Source: Lingula anatina (taxonomy: Eukaryota > Animalia > Brachiopoda). From it: DNA of 64,000 nucleotides. Both the position numbers and the translations under genes were made by a program. Below the pieces are notes generated by a model. It searched no databases, was not told where the DNA came from, and saw only the letters and a list, made by a program, of their open reading frames with translations. Below are positions 1 to 12,804 of this stretch, piece by piece. Where the stretch lies: positions 1,899,721-1,963,720 of the forward strand of contig CM120648.1 in assembly GCA_051362555.1 (NCBI GenBank), in the 5' to 3' direction. How positions within the stretch are numbered: position 1 is the first letter of the stretch; each line of letters starts with the position of its first letter.

Positions 1-672
1 GAGGTGTCCTTCAACGTCGGCGTCAAGAAATCAAACGTACAAGAAGTCCCTGTGCTCTCTAGTATGTAGCGCCCCCAACCGAACACCGGCCCGATTACCC
101 AAATAAAGGAATTTGTCCAGACGACAAGCAGATATGTCGTCACGCCCCTCAACTTACTTCCGGTTTGACCACGTGGTAACCTGCAGGTGATTTCCCGATA
201 CATTTGTATTGATATCGCAGCCATGGAGTTGAAAGATGCTAAGGCAGATGCGCCAAACCCTATTCCGTATGCATAACAACCTCAAATGAGAAAAAGAACA
301 TGTGATTATCTTGTGAGGAACGTTTTTAAATCATTAAATTTTCAAACCACCCAAAAGTTGGTAAAATATGCAGCTTTATGAGAAAGTTGAACGAACAACA
401 CTTTCTTTGACTTTGTTACATTTTTGGCGAGGTGATTTTTCTACCCCTTACTTCTCTCAGCTATGATCCAAAGTTAAAAATGATAGCGAACGGCGAGATT
501 CTAGTCTCTTTGCAGATCTCTGGCGCTGGATACACGTAATTTGCATCGGCGCATACAAGACGTCCGCCAGTTTAAGCCAATGCATATTACCTGCATATTA
601 CCTGCTATGTTTGTTTAATGCATCCAGTTCTAAGTGATAGATAAATTGCTTAATTGAAGAACGACACGCACG

Positions 673-721
<49 letters not shown>

Positions 722-3113
722 GCACCAGCACAGGACTAGGTTTAAGTTTCTTGGTGCCGTTAACACTTTCAACATTATGGTGCCCCCATTACACATTAAA
801 AATTCCGGCTACATACTCGTATATTTAATGTTCTATTGACTCTGTCATCCAAATACATAGTTTTTCCACTCTTTATTAAACATCCCCCTCCCCCTCTAAG
901 TAATTTTGTTGACTGACTGCTCGGTGACCCCTTAGCCATGGTGCCCTAAGCACATGCTCTTGTCTCCCCTCCCCCAGGGACACAGGTTGATTTGTCACTG
1001 GCTATTCACAGATGTCTCTGGCTAATTTTGTACAATTTCGTGTCTTGGACAGACGATATAATTGATGTATGGCATTAGCTTCATAACTCAGCTGCCCTCT
1101 GGTATAGAATATGCATGATTAGTGTGCTAATGCTAAAATCCTACCTATACGAAAACTGGGAATTTAATGAGTATGTTACACTTCTAGTCGAATAGTTTCG
1201 TGTTTTTGTATAAAAAATATACAGCGTGTACTGAATGGTAAAATGTTGTCACTTTTTAATAATCAAATGTCAAAGAGTGGGAAATTTGGTCTAATTTTAT
1301 AAATCTAAAAAAAATATAATAAGGCGTTTCACGGGCGTGTCACTGGAAATAGTTTCAACTGAAAAGTTATAATCGTGCTTAGTTTATTATGAAAGCTTTC
1401 GGCCTGTCAGGTTCGACCAAAGATCAAAGGAGATCCCAACGCAATACATAATTTTCTAATGAAAAATTTAAAGTTGCTCTCAGAAACATAGCGCAGGAAC
1501 CTGTTCATGATAGATATTTGTATAATTACAGGTTTGTGAAATTTAAAAGTGACGCTCAGACATGTAGCGCAGAATATGAAACTGAAGAATTTACTGCTTG
1601 TACGATAAGAAACTGGTATAAAAAGCGTCACAGAGAGCAGCTCTTGGGGGGGGGGGGGGGGCGTAATAGAGCTGCATCTTGATCTTGTAAACTTACCCTT
1701 GTGGTTGCCTTGGATTCATGCTGTACACGCTTACGTGAAATTAAAGACAACAGGAGCCGGGATCGTGAGAGTGAAAGGTTGACCTTGTGTACGTTATCTT
1801 AAGTTACATAAGTGAAGTTAAAAGTCAATATGTTAGAACATGCTGCATTAAAAACACACAGATAAATGTTTTCTAAAGGGCAGCACATTCCTCATAGAAT
1901 ATTCATGGGTAATGAGAGCGATGTTTTGCGTTAGCAATGAAGTCATCTGCGTATCATCTTCAGTCTACGATTTCGATATCTGCATGATGCCTGCGTTACA
2001 GCATCCAGTTCATTATTAGCATTACAGGTTGCGAACCGTCGTATAAATGGCAGAAGTCAATGCGCTTGCTCTATTGCCTTGGCGTAACATTTGATCAGTG
2101 TCGCCTGTCAAGATTTGCATACGAGCAGGACCAAGCCAGCGTCTTGCACAAACATAAGATCAAATTGCACGTTAATGAGACGTTTGCAGATCACAAAGAA
2201 TGTGAATTTGCGCAGCAATCGCGGTACCCTACCTCTGTTCGGAGTAACACATGCAGAGATCGCGATTCGGTCATTGCCAAATCACTGCCACAAAACCAAC
2301 CAAATGCCTCTTTTGTAATTCAGATAGTACGACTTTAAGAGATATAGTACTTTTGTGACGTTAAAGCAATAATAACTCTTCCTTTGAGATTCAAAATTCC
2401 GCAAGAAATACATTGTAAACAACGCCTGGAAATATATTCTATTGCATTTTCCCACTAAAACGACTGTTATTGTAGTAAAACTAAAATCTGTGCTTGTCAC
2501 TTGGGCTTTCGATCCCTTTTTTCGCGGTCGACAAGTGCATCCGTTGCCAATGACGTTTAGGTGTCACGCGGATTCTCGCGTCCATTCGAGACCAAAATAA
2601 CATGGCGGGAAACCCTCAGACGTAAGTTGCGAGTTTTTGTACAGTGCGTCGGATAACGAAAAGCCCAGAATTGCACACATTGTAGATATAAATGCATTTT
2701 GAGCAAAAAGACGAACATATCTTATGAATCTTATAATATTGTTATATAGTGTTGTTGTTGTCTGCTTTTCCCGCGGTTTTAAGTAGGTCACCAGAAACTA
2801 TCGCTCGATACGAGAGGGCTCCGTCAGTTAAAATCTCTTAAGAGATTTTAACAAAAAACCGTACGTTTAGGAAAAAAACCCTGGATTAACTTTGAATGCA
2901 GGAATGGGGTCGTTGACCATTGGTAAGTACGGGAAAATTGCCGTTTTTTCCAGGAAAATCGTATTTTTGGCCAAAACGAAGAGTTATTATGACTTTAATT
3001 ATTTTCCGAAAAGAAAGATGAAAGATATTTGCACAGATAATTCTGCTTACTCTCTGTACCTTACGTAACGGAAGGTGAAATGCAGGTCAAATATTGCCCG
3101 AGAGAAGATTCCC

Positions 3114-3165
<52 letters not shown>

Positions 3166-6100
3166 TGGATTTAATTTTTGCTGTGTCAGGAACAGGTACT
3201 TATAAAATGTTATAGAACATGAACTCTCGCTTCATTGTACCTCTATGTAAAACATTAAGATTTTAATCCTTGAATTGTAAAATCTATATTTAGAATTTCA
3301 AATCATGTCCAAAATTCTTCACTTTGCGGTTGTGCCTCAGCGAGGGCCTCGAACTGCATTGTGGGAAAACAAAGAGTGCAAACAGTAAGCAGGTATAGGG
3401 CCTAACCATCTGAGCCATTACTTATCTAGCTGACCTGCTTACACTGCTGCCATTGGTTAAGCCGTGTGCACTCTGCACATTTAGAAGCAATTTCTTCCAA
3501 TATGGAAACAACCTGTAGTGCATATTTGACAGAAGGTATCGGGAAAGGTATATGACAACAATTTTACCGATAATTCTCAGTTCTGGAAAATGCGTGAAGT
3601 GCGTTCTAACGAGAAACGCCAATAGCGCCGCGCCAATCGTCTATCCTATAGGCAGAGAGATGACATAAATTCCATGCAAAAATTCTCCCAAGTGAAAGAA
3701 AAATTGTCCCAAATAAGCCAGAGACATATGTATATACATCGATCTGTGGATATCTAGCGAAAATGTCAAAAGTGGTCCTGCAAATATGGTGGACGGTAGT
3801 AAAATTTTACAATTTCGCATTTATATTTGAAATAAAGCAGTCAGAAATTGAATTTGAACTTTCCGTAGAAGTCCTACTAATCTTTTGATGATCCTCGATA
3901 TAATGCTGAAAATAGAATTTGTATACTGCGTGATGAAAAAGCGTGCACTAGAAATTCGTTTCATTGCAGGTTAGAACATGAAACGAGATGGCCAATTTGA
4001 TTACGTTTTGGCTTTGTCATACATGTTCGCGTAAATTGCTACAATGTATTGCTAGTGAGACAGTTGTTATTCAATCGACCGTCTGACACCACTGTCATAT
4101 CTTGTGAAAACTAGAGATTTGCTCAATCAAGATTTATCAAATTAAGAGAGGTTGGGGATTTTTTAGTACATTGAATGATGGGGCCCTTTATTTCGCAGAG
4201 GGAATGGTGAAAAAAAAAAAAAAAACTACAGACTTGACATTTAGTACGGAATATTTGATTATATAACAGTTTGAAAGGAATGCCTAGGAATACTCTGTAA
4301 AACGTATTGTTTTTTTTAAAACTTTTATCTCATATAAGATACTGTATAGAAAAATATGCAGTCAGGTGTGTCAGTACCAATTAATCTACTACGTTGTCTG
4401 TAGCACTAATGTGTTACGTAATATGTGATTATTTCATTGGGCAGTTCTCTTCGAGGTTGGGCCATGCATGACCATGTAAGAGCATAGTGCGGTTCAAGAA
4501 GTATTCATATTTCGCTGGTAGTATGGAATGGAAACCTGACCCACGTCAAATACAGGGGTTTTCTGGAAACCGCATCCTGATATATATGTTGAAGGCAACT
4601 CAGAAACAATTCCATTTTACCAGATGGAAGTGCCAGTCCAAAAAAGGGGACTAACTTGTTTTCACAGGTTACTTTCAGAATTAAGAGAATGAGCAGGTAC
4701 CGCGGCCATCAAGATGGCGAGATTTGATGCCCGTAGACAATCTGTGGGTAGTCATCACTAGCCGAATCAACAATCTACTGGTTCTACAACAAACCTCGAC
4801 CAAACTGGACAAACTCTGATCGATATTTGGAATGTAATTCCAGATCAAACTCCGAAAAACCTGTCAGTAGGAATGCCTCGCCTCTACAGAGCCCTAGTAG
4901 CAGCCAGATGAGGCCAGGTGCACATTCCGTGACTAGACACTGATGTGAGCTTCCTTTGAGAGGCGTATAACTCTTTCACAGATGCTAATTTAGAATATAT
5001 GGAGATCAAAATCATGCTTTTAATTCAATAGAAGGCCTGAAGTCAAAGTGACACTGAACAGGTCATAAAATGTTTTTTTAACTCGATCTGAATCCTTTTT
5101 TTTCAATTATTAGACAGAAAATAGGGAAAATCGAGGAAAAGGGATTTAGAAAAAAATATTCCATATTAAATGTCAAGTTTCTACTTTATTATGTTGCAAT
5201 GAGTGGAAATGACAGTAACATTTGATCGATATGTAATTCACGCCTTCCAGAGATGCTTGGTGATAATTAACATATTCAGGGTGATTCCATATATTGGTAT
5301 ATATTAACGCACGCATCATTCGTTCTCTCTCTCTCTCTCTTTCTCTCATACACACCCACACACACACACGCACACACGCACACACATATGGCAAAAACTT
5401 CACCTGCGTGTCCAAATATCCAATGCCCATGAAAACTCCCCACAATAACCATGACCGAGGCAATAGAGGTGCCTATGTTGGTAAGTGTAAGGTTAATTAA
5501 CAGAACGTTTTCCAGTCGCCTCAGTCTTGGAGATCTAAAATACAAAACTTTTAAAAGTAAAATAATGTTTAAAATGTCCATTACTCTTGGGGTTCATTCC
5601 CAATTTAACCATCGTTCTGCGTAGATCGATCCAACTCAGCAGGAATGCATTCTATTCAAGATTAATAGATTTACGTACCCTTCATTTGGCTTTCAGTAGA
5701 TAACAGTAAAGCTGGTGATTATACGAGTACGTTGGATATAAGAGGAGGCGTTTTAATCTGATTGCATTCAGCGAGAGTCTCCGTGGAGTTAAACGTAGAA
5801 CGATAGTTCTATCGGGAATGAGCTCTTGGCTTATTCCAGATCAAACTCCGAAAAATAAAAAAGTAATAATCAAATCATTAAACTGCCGTCCTAATCAAAG
5901 ATTAAGTTTGGTTCTGAAAGTAACCGATATCCAAGCGGCTGTTTAATTACCACATTGCTATTTAAAAAGATACCATCAAAACAGGATTGAAGGCAAGATT
6001 AATTATAAACCAATTATGTATAACCAAAATCATGGATTGATGGATTAGCGTGACTATGATACTTTATATTCTGTGTGAAAAAGGGCCTTATTAAGTCGAC

Positions 6101-7675
6101 TTGAAACCTTTATTGCTTTAGCCTAATCTCGGCATCCGTTCTGGCTTCAAAATATGGATTCAAGATTTGTTTCGTTTTCTATAATCTCTTGGTAATAAAA
6201 ACCTAAATCTGAGAAGTGGCAACTTTCCAACTATTTGAACGAAGGAGACAAAATATAATATGCATGAACAAAATGCCTTAGATAAACGGTCACAGTCCCA
6301 TGTAATTCAACTTCTTCATTGTTGACACCAAATACACATAAAGTAACCTTTGTCTGATTAACTTGTTAAATTGTCGTTCAACAGTAGAAGGTTTACTGTG
6401 CAGCCAAGAAAAATAAGGAAATTACTGTTGTTAATGGAAACTTTTCTATTAATACAATAGGAACCAAATTTTCGATTTCAGACTAGAAAAGTACCAAAAT
6501 TAATTTCTTTCTCAGGAATTATTATTAAAATCTTGAAATCTCTAAAGAGTGAACCTGTATCAGCATCAAATTAGATCTGACAAGCAAGGCAATGAAAGCC
6601 CAATTTACCACCGAGCAATCGCTTTAATATAAACAATAACAATATCACCCTAACAAATTTGAAGCTATTTGATACAGTAATAAAATACATATTGGGCGTT
6701 ATGGGGGGGGGGGGGGGGGGGCGTCACTCTTAGGATAAACACGAACCCCCAAGTACAGTGGTACAGTGCATTGGAATCCGACAAAAATTCCTGAGAATCT
6801 GGAGCATTGGAGCAACAACGCACTGAAGGGAAATCTGGGTAGATATCCTTTTTTAAAAAAACTATTCTCAAGCAATTATTCAAAATTTGCCACATAATTT
6901 TGCCACAAAATAGAATGGACAATAATAAATTTGTCAAGTAAATATACAGTTACGATTGCAACGGTCATGTTACAAAAACAGATATATGCATGCGTGGACC
7001 TTTCTTTACAGAAATCGCTAGAGCAGGTAAGGACTTCAAAAATATTCCCACAAAACAATCAACCAGATCGGATTGTACACAACTTTAAATACCCCTAAAC
7101 ATGAGTTCACAACGTAACAAGATTAAAGGATTGGTAATTGTGATCGTGATATACAGAAGGGAAGATATAAGGGAAGATATAAAAAAAGTCCACCCCATGC
7201 AGCCATCATGTCGAGAAGAGTATATTGATAAATTTCGATTTGGCGGGGAAATACTGGGTAGAATATCTTTAATATTTATCGTGTCATATTTGAAGATATC
7301 ATCTACAGGTATCTGTTAGGTCACGGTCTTGTAAAAAGCACTCGAACCAATTAATTAAAGAATAAAAATCAGTTATTTGACAGCATTTTTGAAAAGATCC
7401 CAGTGGCAGAATAGTTTAACGAGACGTTAAATCAACTGCTTTGGTCACGATCCTCTACTGAAAAAAAGTACGTTATGTCTCATAACGTTACAACACTTGA
7501 CTTACCTACAGAAGGCGAGCGCAATGGTTCCATTTCCTACAACAGACACTATTGCCGATATTGTCAAAAGCGTGGCTGCTACAACATGAAACGTAGGTGA
7601 TATTGGTGGAAATTGACTCCAATGGGGATGATGTATATCCATCGCTGACATCGTGTCGTTTAGACCTAGTGCCAT
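1..7675 (-). CDS. Rhabdomeric (Gq-coupled/melanopsin-like) opsin, 5' part TM1-ECL2; gene continues beyond the left edge of the window
   Basis: Exons 7675-7506, 5534-5404 and 280-<1 join in compatible phases (2, then 1). Protein: MALGLNDTMSAMDIHHPHWSQFPPISPTFHVVAATLLTISAIVSVVGNGTIALAFCR/SPRLRRLENVLLINLTLTNIG...GHWIFGHAG/CYAYGIGFG...SIQMY...VWTNSFIWVIGPVFGWGRYILESTGTSCTFDFLT. Features: HPHWxQFPP (r-opsin N-terminal motif), TM1 GN, WIFG+C110, ECL2 GWGRYxxE..SCTFD with E181. An alternative in-frame ATG lies at 7723. K296 is outside the window. Confidence 0.85.
665..718. repeat. (CA)n microsatellite
   Basis: Directly visible. Similar arrays at 5323-5385, 8985-9020 and 11266-11301. Confidence 0.9.
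4715..5205 (+). mobile_element. Degenerate Tc1/mariner transposon remnant (transposase C-terminus plus 3' non-coding end) in opsin intron 2
   Basis: Broken translation DLMPVDNLW...NLDQ...LIDIWNVIPDQTPKNLSVGMPRLYRALVAAR resembles the Tc1 motif PDLNPIENLW...W..IP...SMP.R..A...A.GG. The downstream non-coding part recurs at ~15025-15310. Confidence 0.7.
5590..5826. mobile_element. MITE with imperfect terminal inverted repeats (related fragments near 17580-17660 and 41820-42032)
   Basis: Ends GGGTTCATTCCC...GGGAATGAGCTC, inner complementary ATCGTTCT/AGAACGAT, and GATCGATC cores shared with the other fragments. Confidence 0.45.
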
Positions 7676-7766
7676 AATCCTAAGAACTGCGCTGTGAAAT
7701 ATAACACGATGAAGGTGTAGCATTCGAGATACTTGACGTTCCTGACAGGATCGCAGTCGGTAGAAT

Positions 7767-7800
7767 ACTGACTGCGTCAAGCGTTCCTCGGCTTTTTAAG
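7767..7800 (-). promoter_or_regulatory. Putative opsin core promoter (TATA-like CTTAAAAAG about 30 nt upstream of an Inr-like TCAGT)
   Basis: Minus-strand TCAGT at 7771-7767 and CTTAAAAA at 7800-7793. The spacing is canonical and the site lies ~95 nt upstream of the ATG. Confidence 0.35.
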
Positions 7801-8983
7801 CGTGTCACTGAGCTTGTTACATATGTTCAGCATGTGACGATTATTGTATCATTGTATATAGACCGCAAGTGCAATTTGGTCATCGTTTGCGTCGTTAATA
7901 TAATGATTTTGTCCGGGAAAGAACGTCTTATTTGCCCTGAGAAAGCCGATGGCTCATTTAATCTGATAAATTTGTTATTGTGATAATTATGTACTAATAG
8001 TTCTTCGGGCTTGCTTTTTGCATTTGCTTCTTTATGGTAAGGCACTTGTGCCTTTTGTCTGGCACTCTCTTTGTGTCATATGCCTAGAGGAAAGACTGAA
8101 CGCGCACCCACAATTGTGCATTGTATACTTAAACTCAAAAACTGTGTGCTGAAAATCTGACTGCTTTTAAATAACAATATTGTACCTTGCATTATCAAAG
8201 CTCTAACGAACCGCGGTTCTTCTCAAGAGCAAGTACCGTGTTGTCTTTATCTTTGCAAACACTCCTTCCTCGAGTAAAAGCAGTCGGCATGACAGAATAT
8301 GGTTCCCCAAAGAATAATTGTTTGACAATAACTGTTTTGTGACGGTCTCATAAATATGTACATATCATTTTATTTTCTCAAATAGAGTGCCTTTGGTTTC
8401 TTCCGTTTCTACTATTGTCTTCAAATATGTTTTTTCACTTAAACAGTAATAATGATTTTAGTGAGTGTATGAAAGTTCTAAAAATTACTAAATATTGCTC
8501 CTTCAGACAATGCCTCATTATTGCTCCTAATCAGTAAAATGCTTGCAGACCCCTTGCTCCAGGAATTTTTAGGAAACGTACGATGGACTGCAGCGCAAAA
8601 TGCACTCTAGTCATAATAAAGGACATTGGATAGTTTACCTTTCACGTCAAGGTCATTGCAGAAAAGGCCAGAGACCCTAATGGCAGGATAAGCCTAGAGT
8701 ATTTCTAGACTCCAAATTGGGACTATTGAGACTGGAGGAAACGTACCAACGTCAGATTGCCTTTGACGCATCTCTACAGCAATTATCGCATCTTTATGTA
8801 AACAAACAGGACATGCACGAAATAACAGATCTCTAATGAAAAAGTCGTGATTCAGTGCTTTTTTTGTCCATTGAAGGTAATGCCAAAGCTGGGGTCTAGT
8901 CTTGAAAGATGATACATAGTGATTTATCCAGTTGAATATTTACTGACATCGGCTCCTTTTTCGGAATCAATGGTTAAAACACT

Positions 8984-9022
<39 letters not shown>

Positions 9023-11072
9023 ATGGTGTTTTAAGGACAACTCCATGGGATTTACCCGCCAAAATGGATTTTCCAGGGGAAATGAGCTATTTTCCCGTAC
9101 TCACGAATCATTTATCTATCTCTCTCTGCACTTGGATTCGACTTTTTAAATTAAATATTTAAAGGTTGATTTAGTTTTAAATGGCTGGTCAGTCATCATA
9201 AGCAGCGACCATTGTCCCAAGCTGCGAAGGAAGTATCAGCATCAGGTACACTCTAAATAAATTATTTAAGGGGTTAAGTCGTTTAAGGGATGTATAAAAG
9301 GCTTTATAAGAAGCGATGGATGGCAAAAATAAACATTTGGGGGCTTTTCAAACCCATGTAGTGGACCTTTAAGAACCCTTGGTGAAAATAGACAAGCAGT
9401 CGTGGGTTTGAAAACACAAGTGGTCACAGGTAAAATTGAGATCTATTCCCTTTTTTTACTGAATTTGGTTCTTTCTACTGTGCGAAAAAATATAGGTAAA
9501 GATGCAGGTGAGCGGCACATTATGAATTAAAATTTAAGGAGTTCTAGGGTCACCTCTATACAAAGACAAAAATAATGCAACACTTGAAAACGTGTAGGAA
9601 AAAATAAACCGTGAAATGCGGAAATGGCAGATTGTCATGGAAACGGACAAAACCTTAGATGACCGCAGTAATTCCTTCTGCTAAAGATATTAGTTATTGA
9701 TAAAATCACCTAAAGCATTGAATTTGTATAATCTCTTCACATTTTGTGGGAAGGGAGAAAGTGGGCTACAAAATCTTGCGTCTCAGAATTTCAAGATGGC
9801 GGTCATTTCCAAGATGTCCGCCATTGTTAATGGAAAATTGAGAAAATTATTCAACAGAGATGCCCTAGTACACCTGTAGGTAAAAAAAAATTGTAAGATG
9901 TGTGCTTTCACTTATTCAGTTTCCCTATTATTGACAGTTAAAATATATTACTTTTAAAATTTGTGAAATATATAACTCATCTCAAAATCAATGTCGTGAT
10001 TTCTGTTGCACTGTTGCACCAGTAACCATATGACTTGTGGTTATCATTATTATTACTTTTTATTCAGAATTTATAAGAATGTAGCCAGGAGTAATAATCC
10101 TTTAAGGCAAATTTTATTTTAGAAATATGCCAGATTTTATCAAACCAGGTATGAATGATCGCCGTAAAAGACTTGGGGATATCGGATCCTTTATTTACTA
10201 AATTTTTAAGAAAATTTTAAATATTTTTGTATGCACATTTGGTTCTATTCCCCGATTTGGCTAACAAAACGATACCAGAGCAACATTTTCAGAAGTGTAC
10301 ACATGATTTGAAAAAACGAAAAAAAAATCGGTAGTAGGGAATTAAGGAGATTTGTGTAAGGAGATTTGACGAATTTGTATAAGGAGATTTGAATTATTAT
10401 ATTTAAAAAAATGTGTTATTCAGAAGCAAAGCCTAAAAGTGACACATACTTTAAAATCCTCGGGCAATTTATGGAAATCTCTCATTATGTCTTTTTATCA
10501 GCTTTTGGTGTTTACGTTGAGATTAAATAGGGAATCCGTTTATATGTCATGAACATTAAAGAATGCTTATATCTAGGGTTCCTTGCGCATAATTACACGG
10601 TTTAATCATTAGGCATTCTTTGTTGAATAATTCTACCAAAAGTTCGGTACAAGTGTGTAATTTTGGAAAAGCGGCAGGGCCCTGTTATCCTCCAAGTAAA
10701 TCACTGTAAATACATGCTATTCTTTGCAACTAAAGAAAAAGATGCCCAAAAAGTCTCTGGCTTCTCAATTCAATTCAATCCAATTAAATTGTTATCATGT
10801 TGTAGTAAAGTGTTAAATATATTGAGATAAATGATATAGTTATCACATTGATTAATATTGTGAGAACATTCTTAATTGTATAGTTACATGTATATACCCA
10901 TATGCACATTTTCAACAGAACACATCGGTGCGTAAGATACAATAAATTTTTCTTGTCTATTCGTGACATAAAAACGTAATGTTCAAAACTGAGATCCAAT
11001 GAAACTATTTCACATATAACATATTTATGCTCAGAAACTGACAGCCCCACGTATATGACTTATTATAGAGAT

Positions 11073-11228
11073 CTGGCCCCAGTTTCACAAAAAACTTAAG
11101 TCAGTTTCCTGGCTTAGTTGACTAGGATTTCCATGAGAGTGCTGTTACACTGCTTCTGATAGGATAAGATGTGCCAATGTGACCGTGTTACCTTGGTAAT
11201 AAAGTTCTTAGCCAGGAAGCCTGCCTTA

Positions 11229-11306
<78 letters not shown>

Positions 11307-11315
11307 CGGGGCCAG
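11073..11315. mobile_element. PIF/Harbinger-like MITE containing poly(T) and (GT)n
   Basis: TIRs CTGGCCCCAGTTTCACA ... TGTGAAACCGGGGCCAG. Internal inverted arms AACTTAAG-CAG-TTCCTGGCT / AGCCAGGAAG-CTG-CTTAAGTT. Confidence 0.65.
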
Positions 11316-11442
11316 AAAGCGGAAACGTGAATACCATTTGATCAATGAAAAGACGGTTCTAGTGTGTGATCATCTCGCAACCAAATTTATCATTTTTGAC
11401 GCAAATGTTGAAAATGAAGAAGATTATTAGCATAGGTTATAT

Positions 11443-12804
11443 TTATGAATTCACTAAAGCGTCTAGCAACACATATTCATTTTGCTGGCTTTCATTTCTC
11501 GTAGAGGGCAATTGAAACAATCCTCTGGCGTACATAGAACGAACTATTTCAACAGTAAATTTCAACTCGGGTTTAACAAGATGCCGGCACGTCGAGTTCT
11601 GATTTTGTTCCGGCAGCAGGGGATAGACAAGAGTGTTTGGTCCATAAGGCCGGAAGTCCTTGTCCTTCATCTCAATACCACGAATTGGCACATCGCTTAC
11701 GCATGAGCGCGCCCACTCACGCAGACGACTGCGAAATTTTGCCACCTCGTGTTGAAGCTTTGCAAGGCCATATTTCTTCGCTTTGTTCCAAAATGTTCTG
11801 TTAAAGTGATCATAAAGAACCTCGTCTCCTTCGTTCCATTTGCGTAATTTCTCTACAGTTTTGGACGAGATCGGTTTTGAATGATCGTCTGATCTTGCGT
11901 TTTGTTTGATGTATACTATGTCGTCTGTACTCCAATATAACATATCCCGCATCATAATCAAAGATTCATCAAAATATTCGCATATCAATATCAAGTCATA
12001 GACAGTGTCTATTCTTTGAATATAACTCCTAATATCGCTAAGATTTCCAAGCGAAGCAAGTGGGAGTCCTAAATCGAAGAGCATGGGATTCCGTAATGAG
12101 GAACCATACACCGGAATGGCTCTAGTCCATTCCGTTGGGTTCGATGTAAAAGTATCCAAGGCAACGCTACCTGTGACATTCATGCGTAGCACACTCGGTA
12201 TATCATAGTAAAAAAAGAGGGAAGGGAAAAGGGAAAGTGGTTCACGGAGAATCGTAATGTATTTACTATCAGAAGGCATGATTTCCTTTATGTCGTCGCT
12301 ATACCGAGCGTGGTGGCAAAATATGTTGATGTGATCCACAGTTAGAGGAAAAGTGTCGTTCTTTCGAAAATGGTATGGATAGCCTAAACGGTACACCCCC
12401 TTTCCTATAGCAAACGTTAGGTTTCTCTCAATGCCGAATCGCATGAGGATATTCTGGAGGGTGCTGCTCGCGGTTTTGTGCGTTTTTAGGATCACGATGT
12501 TTTGATGGGGTGGAACGTCGGCATCTATCGAAGTACCTTGCGATGCTTCGTCCATCTGATCATCGTCAGTATTGTGTAAGGCGGTGGTATATTGATCTAG
12601 GTAATTGTCGGCATTTTCAGACTCTAAATCTAGGTAGTCTGTCAATGGTACACCGGGCACATTCCTTACATTGGTGTGCTTATGCAATCTGATCATCTCC
12701 TCCCTGAGTTCGATATAAGTCTCACGAAGAACGTGGATTTGTATGGCCACCACAATGACGAGACCGAGCAGAATACTGGATAATATGACTCCTATTCTGG
12801 CCAT
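11443..12804 (-). CDS. Galactose-3-O-sulfotransferase (GAL3ST / galactosylceramide sulfotransferase-like), type II Golgi membrane protein, 453 aa
   Basis: Single 453-aa ORF with an N-terminal TM anchor, the 5'-PAPS motif LKTHKTASST, the 3'-PAPS region YITILREP, and family motifs RNPMLFDLG, EYFDESL and LYDHFNRTFW. A splice acceptor lies just upstream of the ATG (~12817). Confidence 0.93.
   Translation of the reverse strand: MARIGVILSSILLGLVIVVAIQIHVLRETYIELREEMIRLHKHTNVRNVPGVPLTDYLDLESENADNYLDQYTTALHNTDDDQMDEASQGTSIDADVPPHQNIVILKTHKTASSTLQNILMRFGIERNLTFAIGKGVYRLGYPYHFRKNDTFPLTVDHINIFCHHARYSDDIKEIMPSDSKYITILREPLSLFPSLFFYYDIPSVLRMNVTGSVALDTFTSNPTEWTRAIPVYGSSLRNPMLFDLGLPLASLGNLSDIRSYIQRIDTVYDLILICEYFDESLIMMRDMLYWSTDDIVYIKQNARSDDHSKPISSKTVEKLRKWNEGDEVLYDHFNRTFWNKAKKYGLAKLQHEVAKFRSRLREWARSCVSDVPIRGIEMKDKDFRPYGPNTLVYPLLPEQNQNSTCRHLVKPELKFTVEIVRSMYARGLFQLPSTRNESQQNEYVLLDALVNS

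Noticed and set aside
654-839. ORFs with HTHTHT, CVCV or ERER tracts (also 5173-5500, 46889-47240, 56411-56740)
   Set aside because: These are translations of microsatellites.
2060-2338. 92-aa plus-strand ORF in a GC-richer patch of the opsin intron
   Set aside because: No recognisable domain or convincing splice structure. It may be regulatory or an old repeat.
7959-7969. TAATCTGATAA, an RCSI/P3-like photoreceptor element upstream of the opsin
   Set aside because: It is an imperfect match in AT-rich DNA and cannot be distinguished from chance without conservation data.
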